Positions 30,001 through 45,000 of a DNA stretch of 64,000 nucleotides are shown piece by piece (within the stretch, counting starts at the first letter, position 1; each line of letters opens with the position of its first letter). A model generated the notes under the pieces. It was not told the origin of the DNA and did not search any database. It saw only the letters and a program-made list of their open reading frames with translations. Made by a program: the position numbers and the translations under genes. The DNA lies in contig OZ024741.1 of NCBI GenBank assembly GCA_964016885.1, positions 289,788,001 to 289,852,000 of the forward strand, written 5' to 3'. Source of the DNA: Eledone cirrhosa (Eukaryota).

Positions 30001-33000
30001 TTGTTATTGTTGTCACTAGTGTTGTTATTGTTGTTGCTAGTGTTGTTATTGTTGGTACTAGTGTTGTTATTTTTGTTACTAGTGTTGTTATTGTTGTCAC
30101 TAGTGTTGTTATTGTTGTTACTAGTGTTGTTATTTTTGTTACTAGTGTTGTTATTGTTGTCACTAGTGTTGTTATTGTTGTTACTAGTGTTGTTATTGTT
30201 GTTATTAGTGTTGTTATTGTTGTTACTAGTGTTGTTATTGTTGTTACTAGTGTTGTTATTGTTGTTACTTGTGTTGTTATTGTTGTTGCTAGTGTTGTTA
30301 TTGTTGGTACTAGTGTTGTTATTGTTGTTATTAGTGTTGTTATTGTTGTTACTAGTGTTGTTATTGTTGTTATTAGTGTTGTTATTGTTGTTACTAGTGT
30401 TGTTATTGTTGTTATTAGTGTTGTTATTGTTGTTACTAGTGTTGTTATTGTTGTTATTAGTGTTGTTATTGTTGTTACTAGTGTTGTTATTGTTGTTATT
30501 AGTGTTGTTATTGTTGTTACTAGTGTTGTTATTGTTGTCACTAGTGTTGTTATTGTTGTTATTAGTGTTGTTATTGTTGTTACTAGTGTTGTTATTGTTG
30601 TTATTAGTGTTGTTATTGTTGTTACTAGTGTTGTCATTGTTGTTGCTAGTGTTGTTATTGTTGGTACTAGTGTTGTTATTGTTGTCACTAGTGTTGTTAT
30701 TGTTGTTACTAGTGTTGTTATTGTTGTTACTAGTGTTGTTATTGTTGTCACTAGTGTTGTTATTGTTGTTACTAGTGTTGTTATTGTTGTTATTAGTGTT
30801 GTTATTGTTGTTACTAGTGTTGTTATTGTTGTTGCTAGTGTTGTTATTGTTGGTACTAGTGTTGTTATTGTTGTTACTAGTGTTGTTATTGTTGTCACTA
30901 GTGTTGTTATTGTTGTTACTAGTGTTGTTATTGTTGTCACTAGTGTTGTTATTGTTGTTACTAGTGTTGTTATTGTTGTTACTAGTGTTGTTATTGTTGT
31001 CACTAGTGTTGTTATTGTTGATACTAGTGTTGTTATTGTTGTTATTAGTGTTGTTATTGTTGTCACTAGTGTTGTTATTGTTGTTACTAGTGTTGTTATT
31101 GTTGTTACTAGTTTTGTTATTGTTGTTACTAGTGTTGTTATTGTTGTTGTTAGTGTTGTTACTAGTGTTGTTAATGTGTTTACTAGTGTTGTTATTGTTG
31201 TTGTTAGTGTTGTTATTGTTGTTACTAGTGTTGTTATTGTTGTTACTAGTGTTGTTATTGTTGTTGTTAGTGTTGTTACTAGTGTTGTTATTGTTGTTAC
31301 TGGTGTTGTTATTGTTGTTACTAGTGTTGTTATTGTTGTTACTAGTGTTGTTATGGTTGGCACTAGTGTTGTTATTGTTGGCACTAGTGTTGTTATTGTT
31401 GTCACTAGTGTTGTTATCGTTGTTACTATTGTTGTTACTGTTGTTGCTAGTGTTGTTATTGTTGTTACTAGTGTTGTTATTGTTGTTACTAGTGTTGTTA
31501 TTGTTGTTACTAGTGTTGTTATTGTTGGCACTAGTGTTGTTATTGTTGTTACTAGTGTTGTTATTGTTGTTACTAGTGTTGATATTGTTGTTACTAGTGT
31601 TGTTATTGTTGGCACTAGTGTTGTTATTGTTGTTACTAGTGTTGTTATTGTTGTTACTAGTGTTGTTATTGTTGTCACTAGTGTTGTTATTGTTGTTACT
31701 AGTGTTGTTATTGTTGTCACTAGTGTTGTTATTGTTGTCACTAGTGTTGTTATTGTTGTTACTTGTGTTGTTATTGTTGTTACTAGTGTTGTTATTGTTG
31801 TTACTGGTGTTGTTATTGTTGTTACCAGTGTTGTTATTGGTGTTGTTATTGTTGTTACTAGTGTTGTTATTGTTGTCACTGGTGTTGTTATTGGTGTTGC
31901 TAGTGTTGTTATTGTTGTCACTGGTGTTGTTATTGGTGTTGCTAGTGTTGTTATTGTTGTCACTAGTGTTGTTATTGGTGTTGCTAGTGTTGTTATTGTT
32001 GTCATTAGTGTTGTTATTGGTGTTGCTAGTGTTGTTATTGTTGTTACTAGTGTTGTTATTGTTGTAACTGGTGTTGTTATAGTTGTAACTGGTGTTGTTA
32101 TTGGTGTTGCTAGTGTTGTTATTGTTGTTACTAGTGTTGTTATTGTTGTTGTTAGTGTTGTTATTGTTGTCACTAGTGTTGTTATTGTTGTTGCTAATGT
32201 TGTTATTGTTGTTGTTAGTGTTGTTATTGTTGTTACTAGTGTTGTTATTGGTGTTACTGGTGTTGTTATTGTTGTTACTAGTGTTGTTATTGTTGTTACT
32301 AGTGTTGTTATTGTTGTTACTAGTGTTGTTATTGTTGTTGTTAGTGTTGTTATTGTTGTTACTAGTGTTGTTATTGTTGTTGCTAATGTTGTTATTGTTG
32401 TTGTTAGTGTTGTTATTGTTGTTACTAGTGTTGTTATTGTTGTTACTAATGTTGTTATTGTTGTTACTAGTGTTGTTATTGTTGGTACTAGTGTTGTTAT
32501 TGTTGTTGCTAGTGTTGTTATTGTTGTTACTAGTGTTGTTATTGTTGTCACTAGTGTTGTTATTGTTGTCACTAGTGTTGTTATTGTTGTTGCAAGTGTT
32601 GTTATTGTTGTTGCTAGTGTTGTTATTGTTGCTGTTAGTGTTGTTATTGTTGTCACTAGTGTTGTTATTGTTGTCACTAGTGTTGTTATTGTTGTTGCTT
32701 GTATTGTTATTGTTCTTGCTAGTGTTGTTATTGTTGTTACTAGTGTTGTTATTGTTGTCACTAGTGTTGTTATTGTTGTTGCTAGTGTTGTTATTGTTGT
32801 TGCTAGTGTTGTTATTGTTGTCACTAGTGTTGTTATTGTTGTCACTAGTGTCGTTATTGTTGTCACTAGTGTTGTTATTGTTGTTACTAGTGTTGTTATT
32901 GTTGTTACTAGTGTTGTTATTGTTGTCACTAGTGTTGTTACTGTTGTTACTAGTGTTGTTATTGTTGTCACTAGTGTTGTTATTGTTGTTGCTAGTGTTG

Positions 33001-36000
33001 TTATTGTTGTTGCTAGTGTTGTTATTGTTGTCACTAGTGTTGTTATTGTTGTCACTAGTGTCGTTATTGTTGTCACTAGTGTTGTTATTGTTGTTACTAG
33101 TGTTGTTATTGTTGTTACTAGTGTTGTTATTGTTGTCACTAGTGTTGTTATTGTTGTCACTAGTGTTGTTATTGTTGCTGTTAGTGTTGTTATTGTTGTT
33201 ACTAGTTTTGTTATTGTTGTCATTGGTGTTGTTATTGGTGTTGCTAGTGTTGTTATTGTTGTTACTAGTGTTGTTATTGTTGTAACTGGTGTTGTTATAG
33301 TTGTAACTGGTGTTGTTATTGGTGTTGCTAGTGTTGTTATTGTTGTTACTAGTGTTGTTATTGTTGTTGTTAGTGTTATTGTTGTCACTAGTGTTGTTAT
33401 TGTTGTTGCTAATGTTGTTATTGTCGTTGTTAGTGTTGTTATTGTTGTTACTAGTGTTGTTATTGGTGTTACTGGTGTTGTTATTGTTGTTACTAGTGTT
33501 GTTATTGTTGTTACTAGTGTTGTTATTGTTGTTACTAGTGTTGTTATTGTTGTTGTTAGTGTTGTTATTGTTGTTACTAGTGTTGTTATTGTTGTTGCTA
33601 ATGTTGTTATTGTTGTTGTTAGTGTTGTTATTGTTGTTACTAGTGTTGTTATTGTTGTTACTAATGTTGTTATTGTTGTTACTAGTGTTGTTATTGTTGG
33701 TACTAGTGTTGTTATTGTTGTTGCTAGTGTTGTTATTGTTGTTACTAGTGTTGTTATTGTTGTCACTAGTGTTGTTATTGTTGTCACTAGTGTTGTTATT
33801 GTTGTTGCAAGTGTTGTTATTGTTGTTGCTAGTGTTGTTATTGTTGCTGTTAGTGTTGTTATTGTTGTCACTAGTGTTGTTATTGTTGTCACTAGTGTTG
33901 TTATTGTTGTTGCTTGTATTGTTATTGTTCTTGCTAGTGTTGTTATTGTTGTTACTAGTGTTGTTATTGTTGTCACTAGTGTTGTTATTGTTGTTGCTAG
34001 TGTTGTTATTGTTGTTGCTAGTGTTGTTATTGTTGTCACTAGTGTTGTTATTGTTGTCACTAGTGTCGTTATTGTTGTCACTAGTGTTGTTATTGTTGTT
34101 ACTAGTGTTGTTATTGTTGTTACTAGTGTTGTTATTGTTGTCACTAGTGTTGTTACTGTTGTTACTAGTGTTGTTATTGTTGTCACTAGTGTTGTTATTG
34201 TTGTTGCTAGTGTTGTTATTGTTGTTGCTAGTGTTGTTATTGTTGTCACTAGTGTTGTTATTGTTGTCACTAGTGTCTCTATTGTTGTCACTAGTGTTGT
34301 TATTGTTGTTACTAGTGTTGTTATTGTTGTTACTAGTGTTGTTATTGTTGTCACTAGTGTTGTTATTGTTGTCACTAGTGTTGTTATTGTTGCTGTTAGT
34401 GTTGTTATTGTTGTTACTAGTTTTGTTATTGTTGTCATTGGTGTTGTTATTGGTGTTGCTAGTGTTGTTATTGTTGTTACTAGTGTTGTTATTGTTGTAA
34501 CTGGTGTTGTTATAGTTGTAACTGGTGTTGTTATTGGTGTTGCTAGTGTTGTTATTGTTGTTACTAGTGTTGTTATTGTTGTTGTTAGTGTTATTGTTGT
34601 CACTAGTGTTGTTATTGTTGTTGCTAATGTTGTTATTGTTGTTGTTAGTGTTGTTATTGTTGTTACTAGTGTTGTTATTGGTGTTACTGGTGTTGTTATT
34701 GTTGTTACTAGTGTTGTTATTGTTGTTACTAGTGTTGTTATTGTTGTTACTAGTGTTGTTATTGTTGTTGTTAGTGTTGTTATTGTTGTTACTAGTGTTG
34801 TTATTGTTGTTGCTAATGTTGTTATTGTTGTTGTTAGTGTTGTTATTGTTGTTACTAGTGTTGTTATTGTTGTTACTAATGTTGTTATTGTTGTTACTAG
34901 TGTTGTTATTGTTGGTACTAGTGTTGTTATTGTTGTTGCTAGTGTTGTTATTGTTGTTACTAGTGTTGTTATTGTTGTCACTAGTGTTGTTATTGTTGTC
35001 ACTAGTGTTGTTATTGTTGTTGCAAGTGTTGTTATTGTTGTTGCTAGTGTTGTTATTGTTGCTGTTAGTGTTGTTATTGTTGTCACTAGTGTTGTTATTG
35101 TTGTCACTAGTGTTGTTATTGTTGTTGCTAGTGTTGTTATTGTTGGTACTAGTGTTGTTATTTTTGTTACTAGTGTTGTTATTGTTGTCACTAGTGTTGT
35201 TATTGTTGTTACTAGTGTTGTTATTTTTGTTACTAGTGTTGTTATTGTTGTCACTAGTGTTGTTATTGTTGTTACTAGTGTTGTTATTGTTGTTATTAGT
35301 GTTGTTATTGTTGTTACTAGTGTTGTTATTGTTGTTACTAGTGTTGTTATTGTTGTTACTTGTGTTGTTATTGTTGTTGCTAGTGTTGTTATTGTTGGTA
35401 CTAGTGTTGTTATTGTTGTTATTAGTGTTGTTATTGTTGTTACTAGTGTTGTTATTGTTGTTATTAGTGTTGTTATTGTTGTTACTAGTGTTGTTATTGT
35501 TGTTATTAGTGTTGTTATTGTTGTTACTAGTATTGTTATTGTTGTTATTAGTGTTGTTATTGTTGTTACTAGTGTTGTTATTGTTGTTATTAGTGTTGTT
35601 ATTGTTGTTACTAGTGTTGTCATTGTTGTTGCTAGTGTTGTTATTGTTGGTACTAGTGTTGTTATTGTTGTCACTAGTGTTGTTATTGTTGTTACTAGTG
35701 TTGTTATTGTTGTTACTAGTGTTGTTATTGTTGTCACTAGTGTTGTTATTGTTGTTACTAGTGTTGTTATTGTTGTTATTAGTGTTGTTATTGTTGTTAC
35801 TAGTGTTGTTATTGTTGTTGCTAGTGTTGTTATTGTTGGTACTAGTGTTGTTATTGTTGTTACTAGTGTTGTTATTGTTGTCACTAGTGTTGTTATTGTT
35901 GTTACTAGTGTTGTTATTGTTGTCACTAGTGTTGTTATTGTTGTTACTAGTGTTGTTATTGTTGTTACTAGTGTTGTTATTGTTGTCACTAGTGTTGTTA

Positions 36001-39000
36001 TTGTTGTTACTAGTGTTGTTATTGTTGTTATTAGTGTTGTTATTGTTGTTACTAGTGTTGTTATTGTTGTTGCTAGTGTTGTTATTGTTGGTACTAGTGT
36101 TGTTATTGTTGTTACTAGTGTTGTTATTGTTGTTGCTAGTGTTGTTATTGTTGGTACTAGTGTTGTTATTGTTGTTGTTAGTGTTGTTATTGTTGTTACT
36201 AGTGTTGTTATTTTGTTACTAGTGTTGTTATTGTTGTCACTGGTGTTGTTATTGTTGTTGCTAGTGTTGTTATTGTTGTTGCTAGTGTTGTTATTGGTGT
36301 TACTAGTGTTGTTATTTTGTTACTAGTGTTGTTATTGTTGTCACTGGTGTTGTTATTGTTGTTGCTAGTGTTGTTATTGTTGTTGCTAGTGTTGTTATTG
36401 GTGTTACTAGTGTTGTTATTTTGTTACTAGTGTTGTTATTGTTGTCACTGGTGTTGTTATTGTTGTTACTAGTGTTGTTATTGTTGTCACTGGTGTTGTT
36501 ATTGTTGTTGCTAGTGTTATTATTGTTGTTGCTAGTGTTGTTATTGGTGTTACTAGTGTTGTTATTGTTGTTACAAGTGTTGTTATTGTTGTTACTTGTG
36601 TTGTTATTATTGTTGCTGGTCTTGTTATTGTTGTTGCTAGTCTTGTTATTGTTGTTACTAGTGTTGTTATTGTTGTTACAAGTGTTGTTATTGTTGTTGC
36701 TAGTCTTGTTATTGTTGGTACTAGTGTTGTTATTGTTGTTGCTAGTGTTGTTATTGGTGTTACTAGTGTTGTTATTGTTGTCACTAGTGTTATTGTGTTG
36801 CTAGTGTTGTTAGTGTTGTTATTCTTGTTACTAGTGTTGTTATTGTTGTTACTAGTGTTGTTATTGGTGTCACTGGTGTTGTTATTGTCGTCACTAGTGT
36901 TGTTATTGTTGTTACTAGTGTTGTTATTGTTGTTACTAGTTTTGTTATTGTTGTTACTAGTGTTGTTATTGTTGTTGTTAGTGTTGTTACTAGTGTTGTT
37001 ATTGTTGTTACTAGTGTTGTTATTGTTGTTGTTAGTGTTGTTATTGTTGTTACTAGTGTTGTTATTGTTGTCACTATTGTTGTTATTGTTGTCACTAGTG
37101 TTCTTATTGTTGTTACTAGTGTTGTTAGTGTTGTTATTCTTGTTACTAGTGTTGTTATTGTTGTTACTAGTGTTGTTATTGGTGTCACTGGTGTTGTTAT
37201 TGTTGTCACTAGTGTTGTTATTGTTGTTACTAGTGTTGTTATTGTTGTTACTAGTTTTGTTATTGTTGTTACTAGTGTTGTTATTGTTGTTGTTAGTGTT
37301 GTTACTAGTGTTGTTAATGTTGTTACTAGTGTTGTTATTGTTGTTGTTAGTGTTGTTATTGTTGTTACTAGTGTTGTTATTGTTGTTACTAGTGTTGTTA
37401 TTGTTGTTGTTAGTGTTGTTACTAGTGTTGTTATTGTTGTTACTAGTGTTGTTATTGTTGTCACTAGTGTTGTTATTGTTGTTACTAGTGTTGTTATTGT
37501 TGTCACTAGTGTTGTTATTGTTGTCACTAGTGTTGTTATTGTTGTTACTAGTGTTGTTATTGTTGTTACTAGTGTTGTTATTGTTGTCACTGGTGTTGTT
37601 ATTGTTGTTACTAGTTTTGTTATTGTTGTCACTGGTGTTGTTATTGGTGTTGCTAGTGTTGTTATAGTTGTTACTAGTGTTGTTATTGTTGTAACTGGTG
37701 TTGTTATTGTTGTAACTGGTGTTGTTATTGGTGTTGCTAGTGTTGTTATTGTTGTTACTAGTGTTGTTATTGTTGTTGTTAGTGTTGTTATTGTTGTCAC
37801 TAGTGTTGTTATTGTTGTTGCTAATGTTGTTATTGTTGTTGTTAGTGTTGTTATTGTTGTTACTAGTGTTGTTATTGGTGTTACTGGTGTTGTTATTGTT
37901 GTTACTAGTGTTGTTATTGTTGTTACTAGTGTTGTTATTGTTGTTACTAGTGTTGTTATTGTTGTTGTTAGTGTTGTTATTGTTGTTACTAGTGTTGTTA
38001 TTGTTGTTGCTAATGTTGTTATTGTTGTTGTTAGTGTTGTTATTGTTGTTACTAGTGTTGTTATTATTGTTACTAATGTTGTTATTGTTGTTACTAGTGT
38101 TGTTATTGTTGATACTAGTGTTGTTATTGTTGTTGCTAGTGTTGTTATTGTTGTTACTAGTGTTGTTATTGTTGTCACTAGTGTTGTTATTGTTGTCACT
38201 AGTGTTGTTATTGTTGTAACTGGTGTTGTTATAGTTGTAACTGGTGTTGTTATTGGTGTTGCTAGTGTTGTTATTGCTGTTACTAGTGTTGTTATTGTTG
38301 TTGTTAGTGTTATTGTTGTCACTAGTGTTGTTATTGTTGTTGCTAATGTTGTTATTGTTGTTGTTAGTGTTGTTATTGTTGTTACTAGTGTTGTTATTGG
38401 TGTTACTGGTGTTGTTATTGTTGTTACTAGTGTTGTTATTGTTGTTACTAGTGTTGTTATTGTTGTTACTAGTGTTGTTATTGTTGTTGTTAGTGTTGTT
38501 ATTGTTGTTACTAGTGTTGTTATTGTTGTTGCTAATGTTGTTATTGTTGTTGTTAGTGTTGTTATTGTTGTTACTAGTGTTGTTATTGTTGTTACTAATG
38601 TTGTTATTGTTGTTACTAGTGTTGTTATTGTTGGTACTAGTGTTGTTATTGTTGTTGCTAGTGTTGTTATTGTTGTTACTAGTGTTGTTATTGTTGTCAC
38701 TAGTGTTGTTATTGTTGTCACTAGTGTTGTTATTGTTGTTGCAAGTGTTGTTATTGTTGTTGCTAGTGTTGTTATTGTTGCTGTTAGTGTTGTTATTGTT
38801 GTCACTAGTGTTGTTATTGTTGTCACTAGTGTTGTTATTGTTGTTGCTAGTGTTGTTATTGTTGGTACTAGTGTTATTATTTTTGTTACTAGTGTTGTTA
38901 TTGTTGTCACTAGTGTTGTTATTGTTGTTACTAGTGTTGTTATTTTTGTTACTAGTGTTGTTATTGTTGTCACTAGTGTTGTTATTGTTGTTACTAGTGT

Positions 39001-42000
39001 TGTTATTGTTGTTATTAGTGTTGTTATTGTTGTTACTAGTGTTGTTATTGTTGTTACTAGTGTTGTTATTGTTGTTACTTGTGTTGTTATTGTTGTTGCT
39101 AGTGTTGTTATTGTTGGTACTAGTGTTGTTATTGTTGTTATTAGTGTTGTTATTGTTGTTACTAGTGTTGTTATTGTTGTTATTAGTGTTGTTATTGTTG
39201 TTACTAGTGTTGTTATTGTTGTTATTAGTGTTGTTATTGTTGTTACTAGTATTGTTATTGTTGTTATTAGTGTTGTTATTGTTGTTACTAGTGTTGTTAT
39301 TGTTGTTATTAGTGTTGTTATTGTTGTTACTAGTGTTGTTATTGTTGTCACTAGTGTTGTTATTGTTGTTATTAGTGTTGTTATTGTTGTTACTAGTGTT
39401 GTTATTGTTGTTATTAGTGTTGTTATTGTTGTTACTAGTGTTGTCATTGTTGTTGCTAGTGTTGTTATTGTTGGTACTAGTGTTGTTATTGTTGTCACTA
39501 GTGTTGTTATTGTTGTTACTAGTGTTGTTATTGTTGTTACTAGTGTTGTTATTGTTGTCACTAGTGTTGTTATTGTTGTTACTAGTGTTGTTATTGTTGT
39601 TATTAGTGTTGTTATTGTTGTTACTAGTGTTGTTATTGTTGTTGCTAGTGTTGTTATTGTTGGTACTAGTGTTGTTATTGTTGTTACTAGTGTTGTTATT
39701 GTTGTCACTAGTGTTGTTATTGTTGTTACTAGTGTTGTTATTGTTGTCACTAGTGTTGTTATTGTTGTTACTAGTGTTGTTATTGTTGTTACTAGTGTTG
39801 TTATTGTTGTCACTAGTGTTGTTATTGTTGTTACTAGTGTTGTTATTGTTGTTATTAGTGTTGTTATTGTTGTTACTAGTGTTGTTATTGTTGTTGCTAG
39901 TGTTGTTATTGTTGGTACTAGTGTTGTTATTGTTGTTACTAGTGTTGTTATTGTTGTTGCTAGTGTTGTTATTGTTGGTACTAGTGTTGTTATTGTTGTT
40001 GTTAGTGTTGTTATTGTTGTTACTAGTGTTGTTATTTTGTTACTAGTGTTGTTATTGTTGTCACTGGTGTTGTTATTGTTGTTGCTAGTGTTGTTATTGT
40101 TGTTGCTAGTGTTGTTATTGGTGTTACTAGTGTTGTTATTTTGTTACTAGTGTTGTTATTGTTGTCACTGGTGTTGTTATTGTTGTTGCTAGTGTTGTTA
40201 TTGTTGTTGCTAGTGTTGTTATTGGTGTTACTAGTGTTGTTATTTTGTTACTAGTGTTGTTATTGTTGTCACTGGTGTTGTTATTGTTGTTACTAGTGTT
40301 GTTATTGTTGTCACTGGTGTTGTTATTGTTGTTGCTAGTGTTATTATTGTTGTTGCTAGTGTTGTTATTGGTGTTACTAGTGTTGTTATTGTTGTTACAA
40401 GTGTTGTTATTGTTGTTACTTGTGTTGTTATTATTGTTGCTGGTCTTGTTATTGTTGTTGCTAGTCTTGTTATTGTTGTTACTAGTGTTGTTATTGTTGT
40501 TACAAGTGTTGTTATTGTTGTTGCTAGTCTTGTTATTGTTGGTACTAGTGTTGTTATTGTTGTTGCTAGTGTTGTTATTGGTGTTACTAGTGTTGTTATT
40601 GTTGTCACTAGTGTTATTGTGTTGCTAGTGTTGTTAGTGTTGTTATTCTTGTTACTAGTGTTGTTATTGTTGTTACTAGTGTTGTTATTGGTGTCACTGG
40701 TGTTGTTATTGTCGTCACTAGTGTTGTTATTGTTGTTACTAGTGTTGTTATTGTTGTTACTAGTTTTGTTATTGTTGTTACTAGTGTTGTTATTGTTGTT
40801 GTTAGTGTTGTTACTAGTGTTGTTATTGTTGTTACTAGTGTTGTTATTGTTGTTGTTAGTGTTGTTATTGTTGTTACTAGTGTTGTTATTGTTGTCACTA
40901 TTGTTGTTATTGTTGTCACTAGTGTTCTTATTGTTGTTACTAGTGTTGTTAGTGTTGTTATTCTTGTTACTAGTGTTGTTATTGTTGTTACTAGTGTTGT
41001 TATTGGTGTCACTGGTGTTGTTATTGTTGTCACTAGTGTTGTTATCGTTGTTACTAGTGTTGTTATTGTTGTTACTAGTTTTGTTATTGTTGTTACTAGT
41101 GTTGTTATTGTTGTTGTTAGTGTTGTTACTAGTGTTGTTAATGTTGTTACTAGTGTTGTTATTGTTGTTGTTAGTGTTGTTATTGTTGTTACTAGTGTTG
41201 TTATTGTTGTTACTAGTGTTGTTATTGTTGTTGTTAGTGTTGTTACTAGTGTTGTTATTGTTGTTACTAGTGTTGTTATTGTTGTCACTAGTGTTGTTAT
41301 TGTTGTTACTAGTGTTGTTATTGTTGTCACTAGTGTTGTTATTGTTGTCACTAGTGTTGTTATTGTTGTTACTAGTGTTGTTATTGTTGTTACTAGTGTT
41401 GTTATTGTTGTCACTGGTGTTGTTATTGTTGTTACTAGTTTTGTTATTGTTGTCACTGGTGTTGTTATTGGTGTTGCTAGTGTTGTTATAGTTGTTACTA
41501 GTGTTGTTATTGTTGTAACTGGTGTTGTTATTGTTGTAACTGGTGTTGTTATTGGTGTTGCTAGTGTTGTTATTGTTGTTACTAGTGTTGTTATTGTTGT
41601 TGTTAGTGTTGTTATTGTTGTCACTAGTGTTGTTATTGTTGTTGCTAATGTTGTTATTGTTGTTGTTAGTGTTGTTATTGTTGTTACTAGTGTTGTTATT
41701 GGTGTTACTGGTGTTGTTATTGTTGTTACTAGTGTTGTTATTGTTGTTACTAGTGTTGTTATTGTTGTTACTAGTGTTGTTATTGTTGTTGTTAGTGTTG
41801 TTATTGTTGTTACTAGTGTTGTTATTGTTGTTGCTAATGTTGTTATTGTTGTTGTTAGTGTTGTTATTGTTGTTACTAGTGTTGTTATTATTGTTACTAA
41901 TGTTGTTATTGTTGTTACTAGTGTTGTTATTGTTGGTACTAGTGTTGTTATTGTTGTTGCTAGTGTTGTTATTGTTGTTACTAGTGTTGTTATTGTTGTC

Positions 42001-45000
42001 ACTAGTGTTGTTATTGTTGTCACTAGTGTTGTTATTGTTGTTGCTAGTGTTGTTATTGTTGTTGCTAGTGTTGTTATTGTTGCTGTTAGTGTCGTTATTG
42101 TTGTCACTAGTGTTGTTATTGTTGTTGCTTGTATTGTTATTGTTCTTGCTAGTGTTGTTATTGTTGTTACTAGTGTTGTTATTGTTATCACTAGTGTTGT
42201 TATTGTTGTTGCTAGTGTTGTTATTGTTGTTGCTAGTGTTGTTATTGTTGTCACTAGTGTTGTTATTGTTGTCACTAGTGTCGTTATTGTTGTTACTAGT
42301 GTTGTTATTGTTGTTACTAGTGTTGTTATTGTTGTCACTAGTGTTGTTATTGTTGTCACTAGTGTTGTTATTGTTGTCACTAGTGTTGTTATTGTTGTTG
42401 CTAGTGTTGTTATTGTTGTTGCTAGTGTTGTTATTGTTGTTACTAGTGTTGTTATTGTTGTTACTAGTGTTGTTATTGTTGTTACTAGTGTTGTTATTGT
42501 TGTCACTAGTGTTGTTATTGTTGTCACTAGTGTTGTTATTGTTGTTGCTAGTGTTGTTATTGTTGTTGCTAGTGTTGTTATTGTTGCTGTTAGTGTTGTT
42601 ATTGTTGTTACTAGTGTTGTTATTGGTGTCACTGGTGTTGTTATTGTTGTCACTAGTGTTGTTATTGTTGTTACTAGTGTTGTTATTGTTGTTACTAGTG
42701 TTGTTATTGTTGTTACTAGTTTTGTTATTGTTGTTACTAGTGTTGTTATTGTTGTCACTAGTGTTTTTATTGTTGTTACTAGTGTTTTTTATTGTTGTTA
42801 CTAGTGTTGTTATTGTTGTCACTAGTGTCGTTATTGTTGTCACTAGTGTTGTTATTGTTGTTACTAGTGTTGTTATTGTTGTTACTAGTGTTTGTATTGT
42901 TGTTACTAGTGTTGTCATTGTTGTCACTAGTGTTGTTATTGTTGTTACTAGTGTTGTTATTGTTGTCACTAGTGTTGTTATTGTTGTTACTAGTGTTGTT
43001 ATTGTTGTCACTAGTGTTGTTATTGTTGTCACTAGTGTTGTTATTGTTGTTACTAGTGTTGTTATTGTTGTTACTAGTGTTGTTATTGTTGTCACTAGTG
43101 TTGTTATTGTTGTTACTAGTGTTGTTATTGTTATTACTAGTGTTGTTATTGTTGTTACTAGTGTTGTTATTGTTGTCACTAGTGTTGTTATTGTTGTTAT
43201 TAGTGTTGTTATTGTTGTTACTAGTGTTGTTATTGTTGTTATTAGTGTTGTTATTGTTGTTACTAGTGTTGTTATTGTTGTTGCTAGTGTTGTTATTGTT
43301 GGTACTAGTGTTGTTATTGTTGTCACTAGTGTTGTTATTGTTGTTACTAGTGTTGTTATTGTTGTTACTAGTGTTGTTATTGTTGTCACTAGTGTTGTTA
43401 TTGTTGTTACTAGTGTTGTTATTGTTGTTATTAGTGTTGTTATTGTTGTTACTAGTGTTGTTATTGTTGTTGCTAGTGTTGTTATTGTTGTTGCTAGTGT
43501 TGTTATTGTTGTTACTAGTGTTGTTATTGTTGTCACTAGTGTTGTTATTGTTGTTACTAGTGTTGTTATTGTTGTCACTAGTGTTGTTATTGTTGTTACT
43601 AGTGTTGATATTGTTGTTACTAGTGTTGTTATTGTTGTCACTAGTGTTGTTATTGTTGTTACTAGTGTTGTTATTGTTGTTATTAGTGTTGTTATTGTTG
43701 TTACTAGTGTTGTTATTGTTGTTGCTAGTGTTGTTATTGTTGGTACTAGTGTTGTTATTGTTGTTACTAGTGTTGTTATTGTTGTTACTAGTGTTGTTAT
43801 TGTTGTTGCTAGTGTTGTTATTGTTGGTACTAGTGTTGTTATTGTTGTTGTTAGTGTTGTTATTGTTGTTACTAGTGTTGTTATTGTTGTTACTAGTGTT
43901 GTTATTGTTGTCACTGGTGTTGTTATTGTTGTTGCTAGTGTTATTATTGTTGTTGCTAGTGTTGTTATTGGTGTTACTAGTGTTGTTATTGTTGTTACAA
44001 GTGTTGTTATTGTTGTTACTTGTGTTGTTATTATTGTTGCTGGTCTTGTTATTGTTGTTGCTAGTCTTGTTATTGTTGTTACTAGTGTTGTTATTGTTGT
44101 TACAAGTGTTGTTATTGTTGTTACTAGTGTTGTTATTGTTGTTGCTAGTCTTGTTATTGTTGGTACTAGTGTTGTTATTGTTGTTGCTAGTGTTGTTATT
44201 GGTGTTACTAGTGTTGTTATTGTTGTCACTAGTGTTGTTATTGTGTTGCTAGTGTTGTTAGTGTTGTTATTCTTGTTACTAGTGTTGTTATTGTTGTTAC
44301 TAGTGTTGTTATTGGTGTCACTGGTGTTGTTATTGTCGTCACTAGTGTTATTGTTGTTACTAGTGTTGTTATTGTTGTTACTAGTTTTGTTATTGTTGTT
44401 ACTAGTGTTGTTATTGTTGTTGTTAGTGTTGTTACTAGTGTTGTTATTGTTGTTACTAGTGTTGTTATTGTTGTTGTTAGTGTTGTTATTGTTGTTACTA
44501 GTGTTGTTATTGTTGTCACTATTGTTGTTATTGTTGTCACTAGTGTTCTTATTGTTGTTACTAGTGTTGTTAGTGTTGTTATTCTTGTTACTAGTGTTGT
44601 TATTGTTGTTACTAGTGTTGTTATTGGTGTCACTGGTGTTGTTATTGTTGTCACTAGTGTTGTTATTGTTGTTATTAGTGTTGTTATTGTTGTTACTAGT
44701 TTTGTTATTGTTGTTACTAGTGTTGTTATTGTTGTTGTTAGTGTTGTTACTAGTGTTGTTAATGTTGTTACTAGTGTTGTTATTGTTGTTGTTAGTGTTG
44801 TTATTGTTGTTACTAGTGTTGTTATTGTTGTTACTAGTGTTGTTATTGTTGTTGTTAGTGTTGTTACTAGTGTTGTTATTGTTGTTACTAGTGTTGTTAT
44901 TGTTGTCACTAGTGTTGTTATTGTTGTTACTAGTGTTGTTATTGTTGTCACTAGTGTTGTTATTGTTGTCACTAGTGTTGTTATTGTTGTCACTAGTGTT

